A stretch of 64,000 nt of DNA from Paraspadella gotoi. Taxonomy: Eukaryota; Animalia; Chaetognatha. Shown in pieces: positions 63,501 through 64,000 of the stretch. The position numbers and the translations under genes are program-made. The notes under the pieces were generated by a model, which was given only the letters and a program-made list of their open reading frames with translations, was not told where the DNA came from and did no database searches. The stretch lies in contig CM119270.1 of the NCBI GenBank assembly GCA_051294375.1, positions 5,278,152-5,342,151 of the forward strand, in the 5' to 3' direction. Position 1 is the stretch's first letter; each line of letters starts with the position of its first letter.

Positions 63501-64000
63501 ATAGTATTAACAAAATCAGAAACAGTAACAGTGTAAAAGATTGGAAAATGATAAACAATAGACACTAATGTTTAAAATGAAATCAATGATAAAATTTTTA
63601 TGAACTTGATTCATAAGAAACTATGAAATATAAGTTCATAGGGACTAAGCTCTGACGAACAAAGCCCGAGGTGTTTTTAAATATTCTTAAATAGCGGACA
63701 AGGTAGATGATATGGCAATATTGTTTAATAGTTAAGTTCAATAAAAAATCCGACCTTAAATATAGAAATAATAACCAAAATCTCGGCAAAATTTTCCCTT
63801 CTTTGGAAGATTTTCGCCATGAGAAGATTTTTCCAACTGACTCCCGGTTGAAAACTCTTAGAATTTCCGATTCGTTAGTTCCTCTTTTACTTTACTTTAA
63901 TAAAAATTTCACCAAAGATTAGGACTATTCCCATTTACCATGATCGTATCAACTAGTCAAAATAACCTAATAAATGTAAAGAAAAATTTTGAGAGCCTTC
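60270..64000 (+). repeat. ~3.7 kb block duplicated at 40985-44554 (copy 2, runs off window end)
   Basis: Shared anchors such as AGAAAGGGAGCTATGATGCTCCGGCGCCGAAA, CGAATTTCGAATCTCATCGTTTCCAACTTTATGTAA and TTGAGAGCCTTC. Confidence 0.9.
62189..63464 (+). CDS. Probable two-exon gene of unknown function, frameshifted in this assembly (more damaged copy at ~42768-43960)
   Basis: GC-rich, ATG in AAAATGGCG context, open frame to GTAAG donor at ~62537, acceptor ~62777, second GC-rich segment with GILKK...ISFADEVVVQEV; single-base indels break the frame. Confidence 0.45.

Overview
Eukaryotic, very AT-rich, microsatellite-laden genomic DNA (probably an invertebrate animal; draft assembly with six N-gaps and some indel-rich, low-accuracy stretches). 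The main content is two diverged, tandem, minus-strand paralogues of a ZNFX1-like gene with an unusual architecture: low-complexity N-terminus (small exons), then one ~6 kb exon encoding two cold-shock/OB-like domains, a helical region, a ZNFX1/UPF1-type SF1 RNA helicase, an NF-X1-type Cys/His zinc-finger array and two tandem PARP-type ADP-ribosyltransferase domains, each with an apparent H-Y-E triad. This suggests an RNA-sensing helicase wired to ADP-ribosylation instead of the ubiquitin-ligase output of canonical ZNFX1 (inference). Both genes have a homologous upstream non-coding block with CCAAT and STAT/GAS-like motifs. Also present: a spliced DUF4419-family gene, DINE-1/HINE-like elements, a Penelope-type hammerhead palindrome, a tRNA-derived SINE, an LTR-like element carrying a tRNA-Leu 3' half, a long-TIR MITE and a ~3.6 kb near-duplicate block that may be an assembly artefact. 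All domain calls are from motif recognition by eye; no searches were run.
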